This document shows positions 1-8,812 of a stretch of 31,986 nt of DNA, one piece after another. This stretch comes from a virus (Duplodnaviria > Caudoviricetes): positions 1-31,986 of IMG/VR virus record IMGVR_UViG_3300033076_000815, one strand, 5' to 3'. Position 1 is the stretch's first letter. Every line of letters starts with the position of its first letter. The translations under genes were made by a program, and so were the position numbers. The notes beneath the pieces are model-generated. The model was not told where the DNA came from and ran no database searches. It was given only the letters and a program-made list of their open reading frames with translations.

Positions 1-85
1 GGCATACGACGACGGGCTACTCGAGGCGGTGGCCGAGTTCGACCGTGCGACGGCGCGAGCCCTCGCGAAGGTCCGGGAACGCTAA
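1..85 (+). CDS. C-terminal end of the prohead protease (continuation of 31247..31986 if circular)
   Basis: The last two bases of the window (GC) plus base 1 (G) form a GCG codon. The frame continues AYDDGLLEAVAEFDRATARALAKVRER to TAA at 83-85, just upstream of the capsid gene. Confidence 0.8.
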   Translation, partial: AYDDGLLEAVAEFDRATARALAKVRER

Positions 86-118
86 CCCTCAACCACAGAC
101 AACGGGAGAACACCTGCA

Positions 119-1504
119 ATGGCAGAGCAGTTCATCCGTGACGCGGTCACGGCGGGCGAGACGCCCACCGTCCGCATCATGGACGCAATCGGGAAGGCCG
201 CCTTCCGCATCGAGGAGCTCGCCTCCGAGATGACGAAGGCGAAGGACGAGGACACCGCCCGCTGGCAGGCCCTCAACGAGGAGCGCAAGGCGCAGGCCGC
301 GACGCTCACCGAGCTGCAGGGCGAGTACCAGAAGGCCAAGATGGCCGAGGAGAACGAGCGCGTCTCCGCCGAGGTCGCCGAGATGAAGGCGAGCCTCGCC
401 GCGATGCGTGCGCCCTCGAAGGCCGGCGCCCTCTCCGGTGGTCGCGTGAGCGGCAACCGCGGGTACCAGGCGGGCGACTTCATCGGCTCGCTCGTCGACA
501 TGACCAGCCGCGACCCCGAGGTCTACTCGGCGGCCAAGGCGCGTCTCTCGCAGATCACGGGCTACGACTCGGCCACGGGCAAGGCCACCACGGGCGCGAC
601 CGACGCGACCGGCGGGTGGATCATCCCCAACGCCATCGTCGACGAGATCATCACCCCGGCCGCGGCGACCTCGCCGTACCGCCAGGTGATGACGGTCGTT
701 GCCGGTGTCACGGCCCCGTCCATCGACCTCCCGTACCGGTCCGGTCGCCGGGCTGCCGCAACGGTCATCCCGTTCGGCAACCTGAAGACCAACACGGACC
801 TCGCGTATGGGGGCTACACGGCGGTCGTCCAGACCCTGGCCATCATCCACGACATCTCGGCGCAGATGCTCCGGCAGAGCCGTGGCGCGGCCGAGCGTGA
901 TGTCATGAACGAGCTCGCCGCAGCGTTCGCGCAGGGCGAGGCCAACTACATCCGCAACGGCACGGGCTCCGGCCAGCCGTACGGCTTCCTCCGTGCGCTC
1001 GCCAACTCCCCTGCCGAGTTCACCTCGAGCTTCTCGCCCTCGGCGACGACGCTCGCGGGGAGCATGGCGAAGGCCATCGCCACGGCCGCCGGTGCGGTCG
1101 CGGCGCGTGGCGGCACGCCGAACGGCGCGGTCCTGTCTGCCTCTTCCTACTGGAACATGGTCAGCCAGGGCACCGACTCGGCGGGCTTCTTCTTCGCCCC
1201 GGCGAACGGGCCGTCGGCGATCCGCCCCGGCACCCTCATGACGGCGTTCGGCATCCCGGTCTACCCGGACGCCACGACGGACATCGAGGGCACCGCCGGA
1301 GACATCGACGCGCTCGTCGTCGCCGACTGGAGCAAGTTCAAGCTCTTCCTCGGCCAGGCGTACCGGGTCGACACGTCGGACGTGGCCGGAAACCGGTTCG
1401 ACTACAACCTCGTGGGCTTCCGCGGGGAGATGGAGATGGCCTTCGACGCCCGCCCGGCGGTCTTCGCCGGGTACGCGCAGCTGGTCGGCGACATCGTCCC
1501 CTGA
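119..1504 (+). CDS. Major capsid protein, HK97 fold, with N-terminal coiled-coil scaffold (delta) domain
   Basis: 461 aa. Helical, charged N-terminal ~150 aa, then GGWIIPNAIVDEII, ELAAAFAQGEANYIRNGTGSGQPYG, GIPVY and a VGFRGEMEMAFDARPAVF C-terminus. GGGAG RBS; follows the protease gene. Confidence 0.95.
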   Translation: MAEQFIRDAVTAGETPTVRIMDAIGKAAFRIEELASEMTKAKDEDTARWQALNEERKAQAATLTELQGEYQKAKMAEENERVSAEVAEMKASLAAMRAPSKAGALSGGRVSGNRGYQAGDFIGSLVDMTSRDPEVYSAAKARLSQITGYDSATGKATTGATDATGGWIIPNAIVDEIITPAAATSPYRQVMTVVAGVTAPSIDLPYRSGRRAAATVIPFGNLKTNTDLAYGGYTAVVQTLAIIHDISAQMLRQSRGAAERDVMNELAAAFAQGEANYIRNGTGSGQPYGFLRALANSPAEFTSSFSPSATTLAGSMAKAIATAAGAVAARGGTPNGAVLSASSYWNMVSQGTDSAGFFFAPANGPSAIRPGTLMTAFGIPVYPDATTDIEGTAGDIDALVVADWSKFKLFLGQAYRVDTSDVAGNRFDYNLVGFRGEMEMAFDARPAVFAGYAQLVGDIVP

Positions 1505-1516
1505 CACGGTTAGACT

Positions 1517-1553
1517 GGCCCGGTCGGGAGCGATCCCGGCCGGGCCTTTCTAT
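1517..1553 (+). terminator. Intrinsic terminator after the capsid gene
   Basis: 13-bp stem GGCCCGGTCGGGA / TCCCGGCCGGGCC (one G-U), GCGA tetraloop, short tail TTTCTAT. Confidence 0.85.
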
Positions 1554-1569
1554 ATCCGAGAGGGGAGAC

Positions 1570-2265
1570 ATGGAGAAGAGGGAGTTCCGCACCCCGAAGG
1601 GCCGCACCGTGCGCCTGTGGTGCCGGCCGGGGACCAACGACCAGATGATGGCCTACTCCTGCCTCGATGAGGACGAGTACGGCCTGAAGAACGTCGACCT
1701 CGAGGACGGCCTTGCCGTCGACGTCGGCAGCCACATCGGCATGGTCGCCATCGGCCTCCTCGTGGACAACCCGCACGCGGTCTGCGTGGCGCTCGAGCCC
1801 ATCGCCCAGAACGTGTCCCTCATCGTGCAGAACGCCGAGGAGAACGACGTCCGCCATCGCCTCGAGGTCCGGCACGGCGCGGCCGCGCAGAAGAAGGGCA
1901 TGGTCGACATCGCCTGGGACTTCGAGGGCGGGGACATCGCGGCCATGCACCGCTTCGTCGGGAACCAGCCGATGCCCGATGGCACCGTCCAGAAGACGGC
2001 GAGCGTCCCCGGCGTCACCCTCGCGGACATCATCCCCTCGGGCACGATCCGCCTCCTCGTCACCGACTGCGAGGGCGGCGAGTACGCCCTCCTCGGCAAC
2101 ACCACGGCGACCGGCTGGTCGACGAAGGGCCGCGTCGCGGAGATCCGCGGCGAGTATCACAAGGGCTACAGCCGCCTCGTGAGCCTCCTCGCCAAGACGC
2201 ACGACGTCGAGCGCCTCCGCGGGGACGACGAGGTCGGAGGGTTCGTCGCGAGGCTCCGCGCGTGA
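1570..2265 (+). CDS. FkbM-family SAM-dependent methyltransferase
   Basis: Motif I AVDVGSHIG, VALEP, and LLVTDCEGGEY resembling the FkbM KxDxEGxE motif. GGGGAG RBS. Confidence 0.85.
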   Translation: MEKREFRTPKGRTVRLWCRPGTNDQMMAYSCLDEDEYGLKNVDLEDGLAVDVGSHIGMVAIGLLVDNPHAVCVALEPIAQNVSLIVQNAEENDVRHRLEVRHGAAAQKKGMVDIAWDFEGGDIAAMHRFVGNQPMPDGTVQKTASVPGVTLADIIPSGTIRLLVTDCEGGEYALLGNTTATGWSTKGRVAEIRGEYHKGYSRLVSLLAKTHDVERLRGDDEVGGFVARLRA

Positions 2266-3281
2266 ACGTCCTCCTCATGCTCGCGCATAGCATCGAGGAG
2301 TACCAGCAGGTCCGGCTCATGCATGAGCTCGGGCACCAGGTCTTCTCCATCGGCGCGTACATCGACCCCCGCAGCCCCGGCGACGACAAGCGGCCTCCCC
2401 TGCCCGACGTTCCGTTCCACCAGACCCTCGCCGAGGCCGTCTGGGCCACGCCCGCCCCGAACGGCGACAGCCTGTGGGCAGCGAAGGACAACCTCCCGCA
2501 GGTCGTCATCGACTGGGCCGACGTCATCATCTGCCACCACGTCGAGTGGCGATGGCTCATCGGCAACTGGTCGCGCATCCGCGACAAGCGCGTCGTCTGG
2601 CGCACCGTCGGGCAGTCGACGCACGAGAACGAGGCCCGCATGGCTGCCCTTCGCGCGGACGGCCTGCAGATCGTGCGCTACTCCCCGAACGAGAAGCACA
2701 TCCCCTACTACGCGGGCGAGGACGTCCTCATCCGCTTCTGGCAGGACCCCGACGAGCTCACCGGCTGGACCGGCGAGGACCGCCGCGTCGGCAACGTCAC
2801 CCAGGACATGCGCGGCCGCGCCGAGTGGACGGGCTGGGGCTTCTGGAACGAGGCGACCCGGTGGCTCCCGACGTTCCCGGCCGGTCCGAAGTCCGACGAG
2901 TGGGGCGGTGCCGGCGCGCTCTCCTACGACGACCTCAAGGGCTACCTCCGCCGGATGCGCGCCTACATGTACACCGGCACCTTCCCGGCGTCCTACACCC
3001 TCGGCCTCCTCGAGGCCATGATGACCGGCATCCCGGTCGTCGCCGCGGGCCCGCAGCGGTGGCGCGCGTTCGCGCACCTGCCTTATGCATGGCGGCTGTA
3101 TGAGGCGCATGAGATCGCCGGAGTCTGGTCGGACAGCCCGGACGAGTGCTACCAGATGCTCAACCGCATCCTCTCGGACGACAAGCACGCGGAGGAGGTG
3201 TCGGCCACGCAGCGCGCGAAGGCCGTCGCCGAGTTCGGCCTCCCGGTCGTCGCCCGCGCATGGAAGGAGTTCCTCGGATGA
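2262..3281 (+). CDS. GT-B fold glycosyltransferase (GT4-like)
   Basis: N-terminal MNVLLML...ELGHQV; C-terminal YLRRMRAYMYT...SYTLGLLEAMMTGIPVV typical of a glycosyltransferase group 1 domain. GTGA overlap with the upstream gene. Confidence 0.8.
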   Translation: MNVLLMLAHSIEEYQQVRLMHELGHQVFSIGAYIDPRSPGDDKRPPLPDVPFHQTLAEAVWATPAPNGDSLWAAKDNLPQVVIDWADVIICHHVEWRWLIGNWSRIRDKRVVWRTVGQSTHENEARMAALRADGLQIVRYSPNEKHIPYYAGEDVLIRFWQDPDELTGWTGEDRRVGNVTQDMRGRAEWTGWGFWNEATRWLPTFPAGPKSDEWGGAGALSYDDLKGYLRRMRAYMYTGTFPASYTLGLLEAMMTGIPVVAAGPQRWRAFAHLPYAWRLYEAHEIAGVWSDSPDECYQMLNRILSDDKHAEEVSATQRAKAVAEFGLPVVARAWKEFLG

Positions 3282-4351
3282 GGGTCCTCGCAGACTTCCA
3301 CCACCACGCCCTCGGCGAGTCGCTCGCGATCCTCTTCGACCACTGGGGCGTCGACCTGTACTACCCCGCAGGCATGGACTGGTTCACCTCCGGGACGTGG
3401 CAGTTCGAGAAGGCGTTCCACGGCGACAAGGTGGCCCGCCAGTACCTCGAGGGCATCTGGACCGACGCCGACGAGGAGGACGGCACCCTCGTCAAGCAGG
3501 ACCCGCGCCACCCGATGCGCAAGCTCTACGGCGTCACCTACGACCGCGCCTGCCAGATGGACTGGGACATCGTCCTCTCGACGCTCCCGCACAACGACGA
3601 GGGCCTGCACCGCTTCGCCACCGAGCGCGATGCGCGGTTCGGCATCCAGATCGGGAACGTCATGCAGGACAGCCGCTACGACCTCGCCTCGTTCGTCCTC
3701 GCGTCCTCGACGCTCCCCGGCCACACCACGCCCGCCTCGTGGGGGAAGGTCATCGAGTACCGCGGCGTCCCGACCGTCATCTATCACCAGGCGTTCGACG
3801 ACCGCGGCATCTTTCACGCCGACCCGTTCCCCGGCCTCGGCAGCCGCGAGGTGGCCTCGTGGGTGAACTGCTTCCCCGAGACCAGCCCGTACCCGTCCTT
3901 CGTCGACTTCGCCCGCCGGTACAAGGATGACTTCGACTTCCGCGTCTACGGCTCCTATGGCAGCGCCGCGACCGACGAGCTCGCCGCGGGCGACGTCTCG
4001 TGGGTGCCGCGCATCGGCTCGGAGATGCGCAAGGCGCGCATCGGCTTCCACATGAAGAGCTGGTCCGATGGCTACGGCCACGTCATCCACAACTGGGCCG
4101 CGGTCGGTCGCCCGATCATCTGGGTGGCGGGCTACTACCGCGACAAGCTCGCCGCCCCGCTCTTCGTCGAGGGCGTCAACGCCTGGGACATCGCGAGCCA
4201 CAGCGAGGAGGAGATCGTGGACATCATGCGCCGCCTCCGCGACGACGACGCCTTCTGGCTCGAGGCGTGCGCCGCCTCGCGCGCCCGCTTCGATGAGCTG
4301 GTCGACTTCGACGAGGAGGCGAACGTCATCGGCAGGATGCTCGGGCTGTGA
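3278..4351 (+). CDS. Divergent GT-B fold glycosyltransferase
   Basis: Start moved to ATG 3278 (ATGA overlap; MRVLADFHH). C-terminal KARIGFHMKSWSDGYGHVIHNWAAVGRPII aligns with the GT4 EGFG-x4-EA-x3-G-P segment. Confidence 0.7.
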   Translation: MRVLADFHHHALGESLAILFDHWGVDLYYPAGMDWFTSGTWQFEKAFHGDKVARQYLEGIWTDADEEDGTLVKQDPRHPMRKLYGVTYDRACQMDWDIVLSTLPHNDEGLHRFATERDARFGIQIGNVMQDSRYDLASFVLASSTLPGHTTPASWGKVIEYRGVPTVIYHQAFDDRGIFHADPFPGLGSREVASWVNCFPETSPYPSFVDFARRYKDDFDFRVYGSYGSAATDELAAGDVSWVPRIGSEMRKARIGFHMKSWSDGYGHVIHNWAAVGRPIIWVAGYYRDKLAAPLFVEGVNAWDIASHSEEEIVDIMRRLRDDDAFWLEACAASRARFDELVDFDEEANVIGRMLGL

Positions 4352-5592
4352 AGGTCCTCTTCCTCGGCGACCTCGCCGCCACCGGCTTCGGCTCCGTCAC
4401 GACCGACCTCGGACGCGCCCTGCTCGACCGAGGGCTCGACGTCCGCTTCCTCTCGCAGAACGAGCTCGGCGGCATTCTGGCCGAGCCCTTCGCGAGTCGG
4501 ACCGCCGACATGGCCTTCTACGAGTACCAGGCGAGGACTGCCGGCGTCACCGGCGTCCGCTCGATCCTCGGCGACATCATCGACGGCATCCCCGGACACC
4601 TGCTCGTCAACGGCGAGGCGTTCGGCGACTGGAAGCCGGACGCGGTCCTCCTGCTCTCCGACTTCACCGCGGCACGCATCCTCTTTTCCCGGTTCTCCGA
4701 AGCCCTGCGGAAGCTCCCCGTCTTTCACTACGTCCCCATCGAGGGCGTCGACCTCCCGCCGCTCTGGGCCGCCCTCTGGAACGAGGCCCGCCCCATCGCC
4801 ATGTCCGTCTTCGGGCAGGACGAGATCGAGAAGGTGACCGGCAAGCGCCCGCCGCTCGCCTACCACGGCGTCGACACCGGCACCTTCTACCCGGTGAGCC
4901 CGACCCGTCCCATCGACGTCCCGCGCGAGGACAAGCCGAACGCAGAGACCATCCGCCTCACCTCGAAGGAAGGCTGCAAGCGGTTCTTCGGCTTCGACCC
5001 GTCGTGGACCATCGCCCTCCGCACGGATCGCAACATGCCGCGCAAGCGGTACGGCGCGCTCCTGCGCTCGATGGACCCGGTCCTCGCCGCCCGCCCGGAC
5101 GCCCGCCTCGTCATCCACGCCTCGGCCTTCGACCAGGGCGGCTTCCTCCCCGACAGCATCTCGAAGATGTCCCCGGACGGCGGAGGCCGCGTGATCGTCA
5201 CCGACCGCCCCGGCCTGCCGCGCCCGGTCCTCAACGCGCTCTACAACGCCGCCGACCTGTATGTGACCACATCGGCCGAGGGCTTCGGCCTCTGCATCGC
5301 CGAGGCGCTCGCGTGCGGCGTCCCCGCGGTCGGCATGGACTACTCCGCCGTGCCCGAGGTCATCGGTCCCGCGGGCACCGTCGTCCCGGTCGGTCAGACC
5401 TACGACAACGAGTACGACCACAAGTGGGCCTCGCCCGACGAGGCCGCCTTCACCGAGGCCGTCGCCTACCTCATGGATCGCCCCGCCAAGCGCCGCGAGC
5501 TCGGCAACCGCGGAGTCCGCCACGTCGAGGGCACGTTCACCTGGTCCAAGGCCGCCGAGGTCGTCGCCGCCGAACTTGCACGATGGAGTTGA
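4348..5592 (+). CDS. GT4-family glycosyltransferase
   Basis: MKVLFLGD..ATGFGSVT start, HGVD, RNMPRK, and canonical LYNAADLYVTTSAEGFGLCIAEALACGVP (E-x7-E). Confidence 0.9.
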   Translation: MKVLFLGDLAATGFGSVTTDLGRALLDRGLDVRFLSQNELGGILAEPFASRTADMAFYEYQARTAGVTGVRSILGDIIDGIPGHLLVNGEAFGDWKPDAVLLLSDFTAARILFSRFSEALRKLPVFHYVPIEGVDLPPLWAALWNEARPIAMSVFGQDEIEKVTGKRPPLAYHGVDTGTFYPVSPTRPIDVPREDKPNAETIRLTSKEGCKRFFGFDPSWTIALRTDRNMPRKRYGALLRSMDPVLAARPDARLVIHASAFDQGGFLPDSISKMSPDGGGRVIVTDRPGLPRPVLNALYNAADLYVTTSAEGFGLCIAEALACGVPAVGMDYSAVPEVIGPAGTVVPVGQTYDNEYDHKWASPDEAAFTEAVAYLMDRPAKRRELGNRGVRHVEGTFTWSKAAEVVAAELARWS

Positions 5593-5620
5593 CAACCTAA
5601 ACGCGCCCGTGCAATACTCT
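5576..5620 (+). promoter_or_regulatory. Promoter of the moron cassette
   Basis: TTGACA at 5589-5594 overlapping the GT stop codon; AATACT 18 bp downstream; TTGCACG (5576-5582) and CGTGCAA (5608-5614) form an inverted pair. Confidence 0.6.
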
Positions 5621-5656
5621 CTCCAACGGGGACGCAGCAACGAGAGGAGAGACGAG

Positions 5657-5830
5657 ATGACGAAGGCCGAGAAGCAGCGCGAGTACAAGGTCTGGTTCGA
5701 GCTCTACCGAGAAGGGCTGGAGATTGAGCACAACGACCAGGGCCACGACGAGGGAACCGAGACCGACTGCCCGGAGTGCTTCCCGACCGAAGAAGATCGC
5801 GCTCGCTGGCTGCGGCGGCGCGCCGAATAA
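5657..5830 (+). CDS. Small hypothetical protein (57 aa, H-x7-CxxC), moron gene 1
   Basis: ATG 5657 after a purine-rich GAGAGGAGAGACGAG leader; MTKAEKQREYKVWFEL...DCPECFP. Confidence 0.75.
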   Translation: MTKAEKQREYKVWFELYREGLEIEHNDQGHDEGTETDCPECFPTEEDRARWLRRRAE

Positions 5831-5869
5831 GCAAGCGTTTACTACCCGGCAGAGACGAGGAGATACGAG

Positions 5870-6109
5870 ATGACGCGCTACGAGCAGATCCGCAGGGAGA
5901 TCGGTCGCATGACCATGGAGAAGCACGCCTTCATGGACGACCACTACGAGTCCGACATGGACAGCCAGACCTTCGCCGACAAGGTCAAGGACTACAACAT
6001 CCACATCGAGGCCCTCGCGGACCAGATCAAGCCCGCCGCGAAGTGCAACCACGCCGCCGACCCGGAGTGCCTTCACTTCTACGGATACAAGCCGCTCCCG
6101 CTGATGTAG
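5870..6109 (+). CDS. Small hypothetical protein (79 aa), moron gene 2
   Basis: GAGGAG RBS, genome-typical codons, C-terminal CNHAADPEC. Confidence 0.8.
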   Translation: MTRYEQIRREIGRMTMEKHAFMDDHYESDMDSQTFADKVKDYNIHIEALADQIKPAAKCNHAADPECLHFYGYKPLPLM

Positions 6110-6130
6110 GCTCCCGTCGGTCCCCCTACC

Positions 6131-6163
6131 AGCCCCTCGGCCTTCCGGCCGGGGGGCTTTCTC
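6131..6163 (+). terminator. Intrinsic terminator closing the moron
   Basis: AGCCCCTCGGCC-TTCC-GGCCGGGGGGCT stem-loop (one G-U) followed by TTCTC. Confidence 0.8.
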
Positions 6164-6174
6164 GTGTCTGTATC

Positions 6175-6831
6175 ATGGAAGGCGTGACGTATTGGGTGAC
6201 GCCTTCGCAGGTCCGGACCTTCGCGAACCTTGACTCGACGTCCGGGCGGTACTCGGATGCCGCGCTCGGGTCGAACATCCTCGCCGCGCAGCAGCTCATC
6301 GAGCAGCGCACGGGCCGTCTCTTCACCGCGGGCAGCGGCACCCGCAAGTTCACGACCGAAGGCCGCGCGCAGCTCGCCATCCCCGACGTGCGCACCGTGA
6401 CGACCGTCACCCTCAACGGCGCGACGCTCGTCGAGGACGAGACCTACTGGCTCGTCGGCGATCCGCGCTTCCCGACCGTCTACACGTCCATCCAGTTCCG
6501 CGCCTTCGGCCGCAACCGATCCCGCTGGTACCTGTCGGTCCCCGACTGGTGGGACCGCGGCCTCGACATGGACAGCGCCTACGAGACGAGCAGCCTCCCG
6601 AACGACCTCGTCATCACCTCGACCGCGTGGGGGTGGAGTGAGCCGCCGGCAGACGTACTTCATGCAACGAAGGCGACGGCTGCCTGGCTCACCAAGCGCG
6701 CCGACGCCCTCCTCGGGAACGCAGTCCAGCAGCCCGACGGCACCGTCTACGCCTACGACCGCTACCCGCCCGAGCTCGACGCCATCGTCTCCACCTACCG
6801 CGTAGGCGAGCAGGCGGTCCAGGTCTTCTAG
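6175..6831 (+). CDS. Head-to-tail connector/adaptor protein
   Basis: Start at ATG 6175 or GTG 6184. AAQQLIEQRTGRLF and WGWSEPPADVLHATKATAA motifs are typical of gp6/gp15-like adaptors; position before neck and tail genes. Confidence 0.85.
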   Translation: MEGVTYWVTPSQVRTFANLDSTSGRYSDAALGSNILAAQQLIEQRTGRLFTAGSGTRKFTTEGRAQLAIPDVRTVTTVTLNGATLVEDETYWLVGDPRFPTVYTSIQFRAFGRNRSRWYLSVPDWWDRGLDMDSAYETSSLPNDLVITSTAWGWSEPPADVLHATKATAAWLTKRADALLGNAVQQPDGTVYAYDRYPPELDAIVSTYRVGEQAVQVF

Positions 6832-7337
6832 TGGCCGGTCTCGAAGGCTCCGCCGACCTCCAGAAGAAGCTCATCGCCCTTCAGAACGGGACCGCGAACG
6901 AGCGCATCCTCCGCCTCCTCGGCAACGAGGTCGTCTCCCGCGCCAAGCAGAACGTGCCGCAGAAGACCCGCAACCTTCACCGCACGATCCGCGTGGACGA
7001 GGTCGACGAGCGCACGCAGACCGTCCGCGTCGTTGCAGGCTCGACGAACGGCAAGGTCGGCTACGCGCAGTACGTCGAGTTCGGGACCAAGCCGCACGTC
7101 ATCGTCCCGAAGGCAGGCCGCAAGGGCCGCAACGGTCGCCCCGCGGCGCTCGCATGGGGCGGCGCTCGTCGCCTCTCGGGCAACCTGCGGTCCGGCTCGC
7201 GACCCACGAACTTCGCCTACCGCGTCAACCACCCCGGCACCCGTCCCCGGCCCTACCTCGTCCCTGCCGCGCAGGAGACCCTCCGGGCCGTGCGGCTTGC
7301 GCCGGAGCTCGTGAAGGTCTGGAACGACGCCTCATGA
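6831..7337 (+). CDS. HK97 gp10-like neck/tail-completion protein
   Basis: AKQNVPQKTRNLHRTI, YAQYVEFGTKPH, VNHPGTRPRPYLVPA motifs. Confidence 0.85.
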   Translation: MAGLEGSADLQKKLIALQNGTANERILRLLGNEVVSRAKQNVPQKTRNLHRTIRVDEVDERTQTVRVVAGSTNGKVGYAQYVEFGTKPHVIVPKAGRKGRNGRPAALAWGGARRLSGNLRSGSRPTNFAYRVNHPGTRPRPYLVPAAQETLRAVRLAPELVKVWNDAS

Positions 7338-7747
7338 GCATCCTCTCGGACATCCGCAACGGGGCCAAGGCCGTCCTCGACACCGTGGCCGGCATCGAGC
7401 AGACCTACGCGTCGCGGCCCGCGAGCCTCGGCGCGCTGCCCTGCGCGTTCGTCGATGAGATCCGCACGCAGCTCCTGCACACCGCAGGCGTCCGCCAGTG
7501 GGACGGATGCGAGGTGGACATCTACGTCATCTCCGGCGGCTTCGACAACGAGGAGAACCAGGCGGACGGCGACACCGTCGTCGCCGCGGTCATCGACGCC
7601 TTCTCCGACACGCCGCACGCCTTCGGGGCCAACACGGTGAGCGAGCCGGTCCGGGTGCGTAGCGCGACCGTCGATAATGGAAACGGCGTGACGTTCCCGG
7701 CATGGATCGTCACGGTCGGGCGGTTCTACTACAGCGAGGGTCGGTAA
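7334..7747 (+). CDS. Tail terminator-like protein
   Basis: ATG 7334 (ATGA overlap), 137 aa, LPCAFV motif; directly precedes the major tail protein. Confidence 0.7.
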   Translation: MSILSDIRNGAKAVLDTVAGIEQTYASRPASLGALPCAFVDEIRTQLLHTAGVRQWDGCEVDIYVISGGFDNEENQADGDTVVAAVIDAFSDTPHAFGANTVSEPVRVRSATVDNGNGVTFPAWIVTVGRFYYSEGR

Positions 7748-7783
7748 GTCACCGGCACAGCCCGATAGGGCAGGAGGTTCACG

Positions 7784-8812
7784 ATGCCCATCAGGGGCTT
7801 TACCCGGTTCCGGAAGTGGCAGTTCGGCAAGCAGTCCGCGCACGGGACCGCCGTCACCCCGACCCGCGCGGTCGCGTGGTCCGGCGTCCTCGAGTACCAG
7901 CCGAACTGGACGCAGCAGACCGACCTCGACGTCGGCAGCATCGACCCCGTCCTTCCCGACTACCGGGTCGGCGCGGACATCACCGCGAGCCTCACCGGCC
8001 CGCTCACCTACGACGACATCCCGCTGATCATGGCGGCAGGCGTTCGCGGCGGGCAGACGGCCGTCACGTCCAGCAGCACCTACCAGTGGACGCATCAGGC
8101 GCTCTCGCTCACCGCGACGACGCTGGACGAGTTCACGACGACGTGGGGCGACGACGTGGCGGGCGATGCGTGGCAGGCCCGCGACGGCATCCTCGAGACC
8201 ATCGAGCTCGGCTTTGACGAGAGCCTCGGACCGTGGACGTTCACCGGCGGCTGGCGCTACGGCTACGCGGACGGCGGCATCACGCCTCCGACCAACTTCA
8301 ACGTCGGCTCGAACCTGCCGCTCGTCTTCGGTGCCGACACGAAGCTCTACATCGACAGCACGTCCGGCGGCATCGGGCAGACGCTGATCTCCGACGCCCT
8401 GCACCGGGCCTCGATCTCCATCACGAACTCCATCGACCTCAAGCGCTTCGCCAACGGGTCGAACTCGCGCTTCGCCATCAACGGCTACGGCCTCACCAGC
8501 CGCGAGATCACGGCGTCCTTCACCTTCGCCAAGACCTCGCAGACGGTCGGCCTCGTGTCGGAGGCGGCGAAGTGGCTCACGGCCGACCCGACCAACCGCT
8601 ACGTCAACATCCAGGTCGAGAGCCCGAGCATCATCTCCGGTGCCATCCCCTACTCCTGGGACCTCAAGCTCTCCGGCAACTGGACGGCGCGCACCGACGA
8701 GGCCGTCGGCGGGAACGCGGTCGTCACGCTCGAGCTCCGCGGCAGGTATGACGCGGGCCTCGGGTACGCGCTCCGGTCCTACGTCGTCAACAACCGGCCG
8801 ACGCTCGCGTGA
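7784..8812 (+). CDS. Major tail (tube) protein
   Basis: 342 aa, QFGKQSAHGTAVTPT N-terminus, Thr/Ser/Gly-rich beta composition, AGGAGG RBS, synteny. Confidence 0.85.
   Translation: MPIRGFTRFRKWQFGKQSAHGTAVTPTRAVAWSGVLEYQPNWTQQTDLDVGSIDPVLPDYRVGADITASLTGPLTYDDIPLIMAAGVRGGQTAVTSSSTYQWTHQALSLTATTLDEFTTTWGDDVAGDAWQARDGILETIELGFDESLGPWTFTGGWRYGYADGGITPPTNFNVGSNLPLVFGADTKLYIDSTSGGIGQTLISDALHRASISITNSIDLKRFANGSNSRFAINGYGLTSREITASFTFAKTSQTVGLVSEAAKWLTADPTNRYVNIQVESPSIISGAIPYSWDLKLSGNWTARTDEAVGGNAVVTLELRGRYDAGLGYALRSYVVNNRPTLA

Noticed and set aside
7760-7771. Small GCCC-GATA-GGGC hairpin before the major tail protein RBS
   Set aside because: A 4-bp stem in a GC-rich genome with no U tract is too weak to call.
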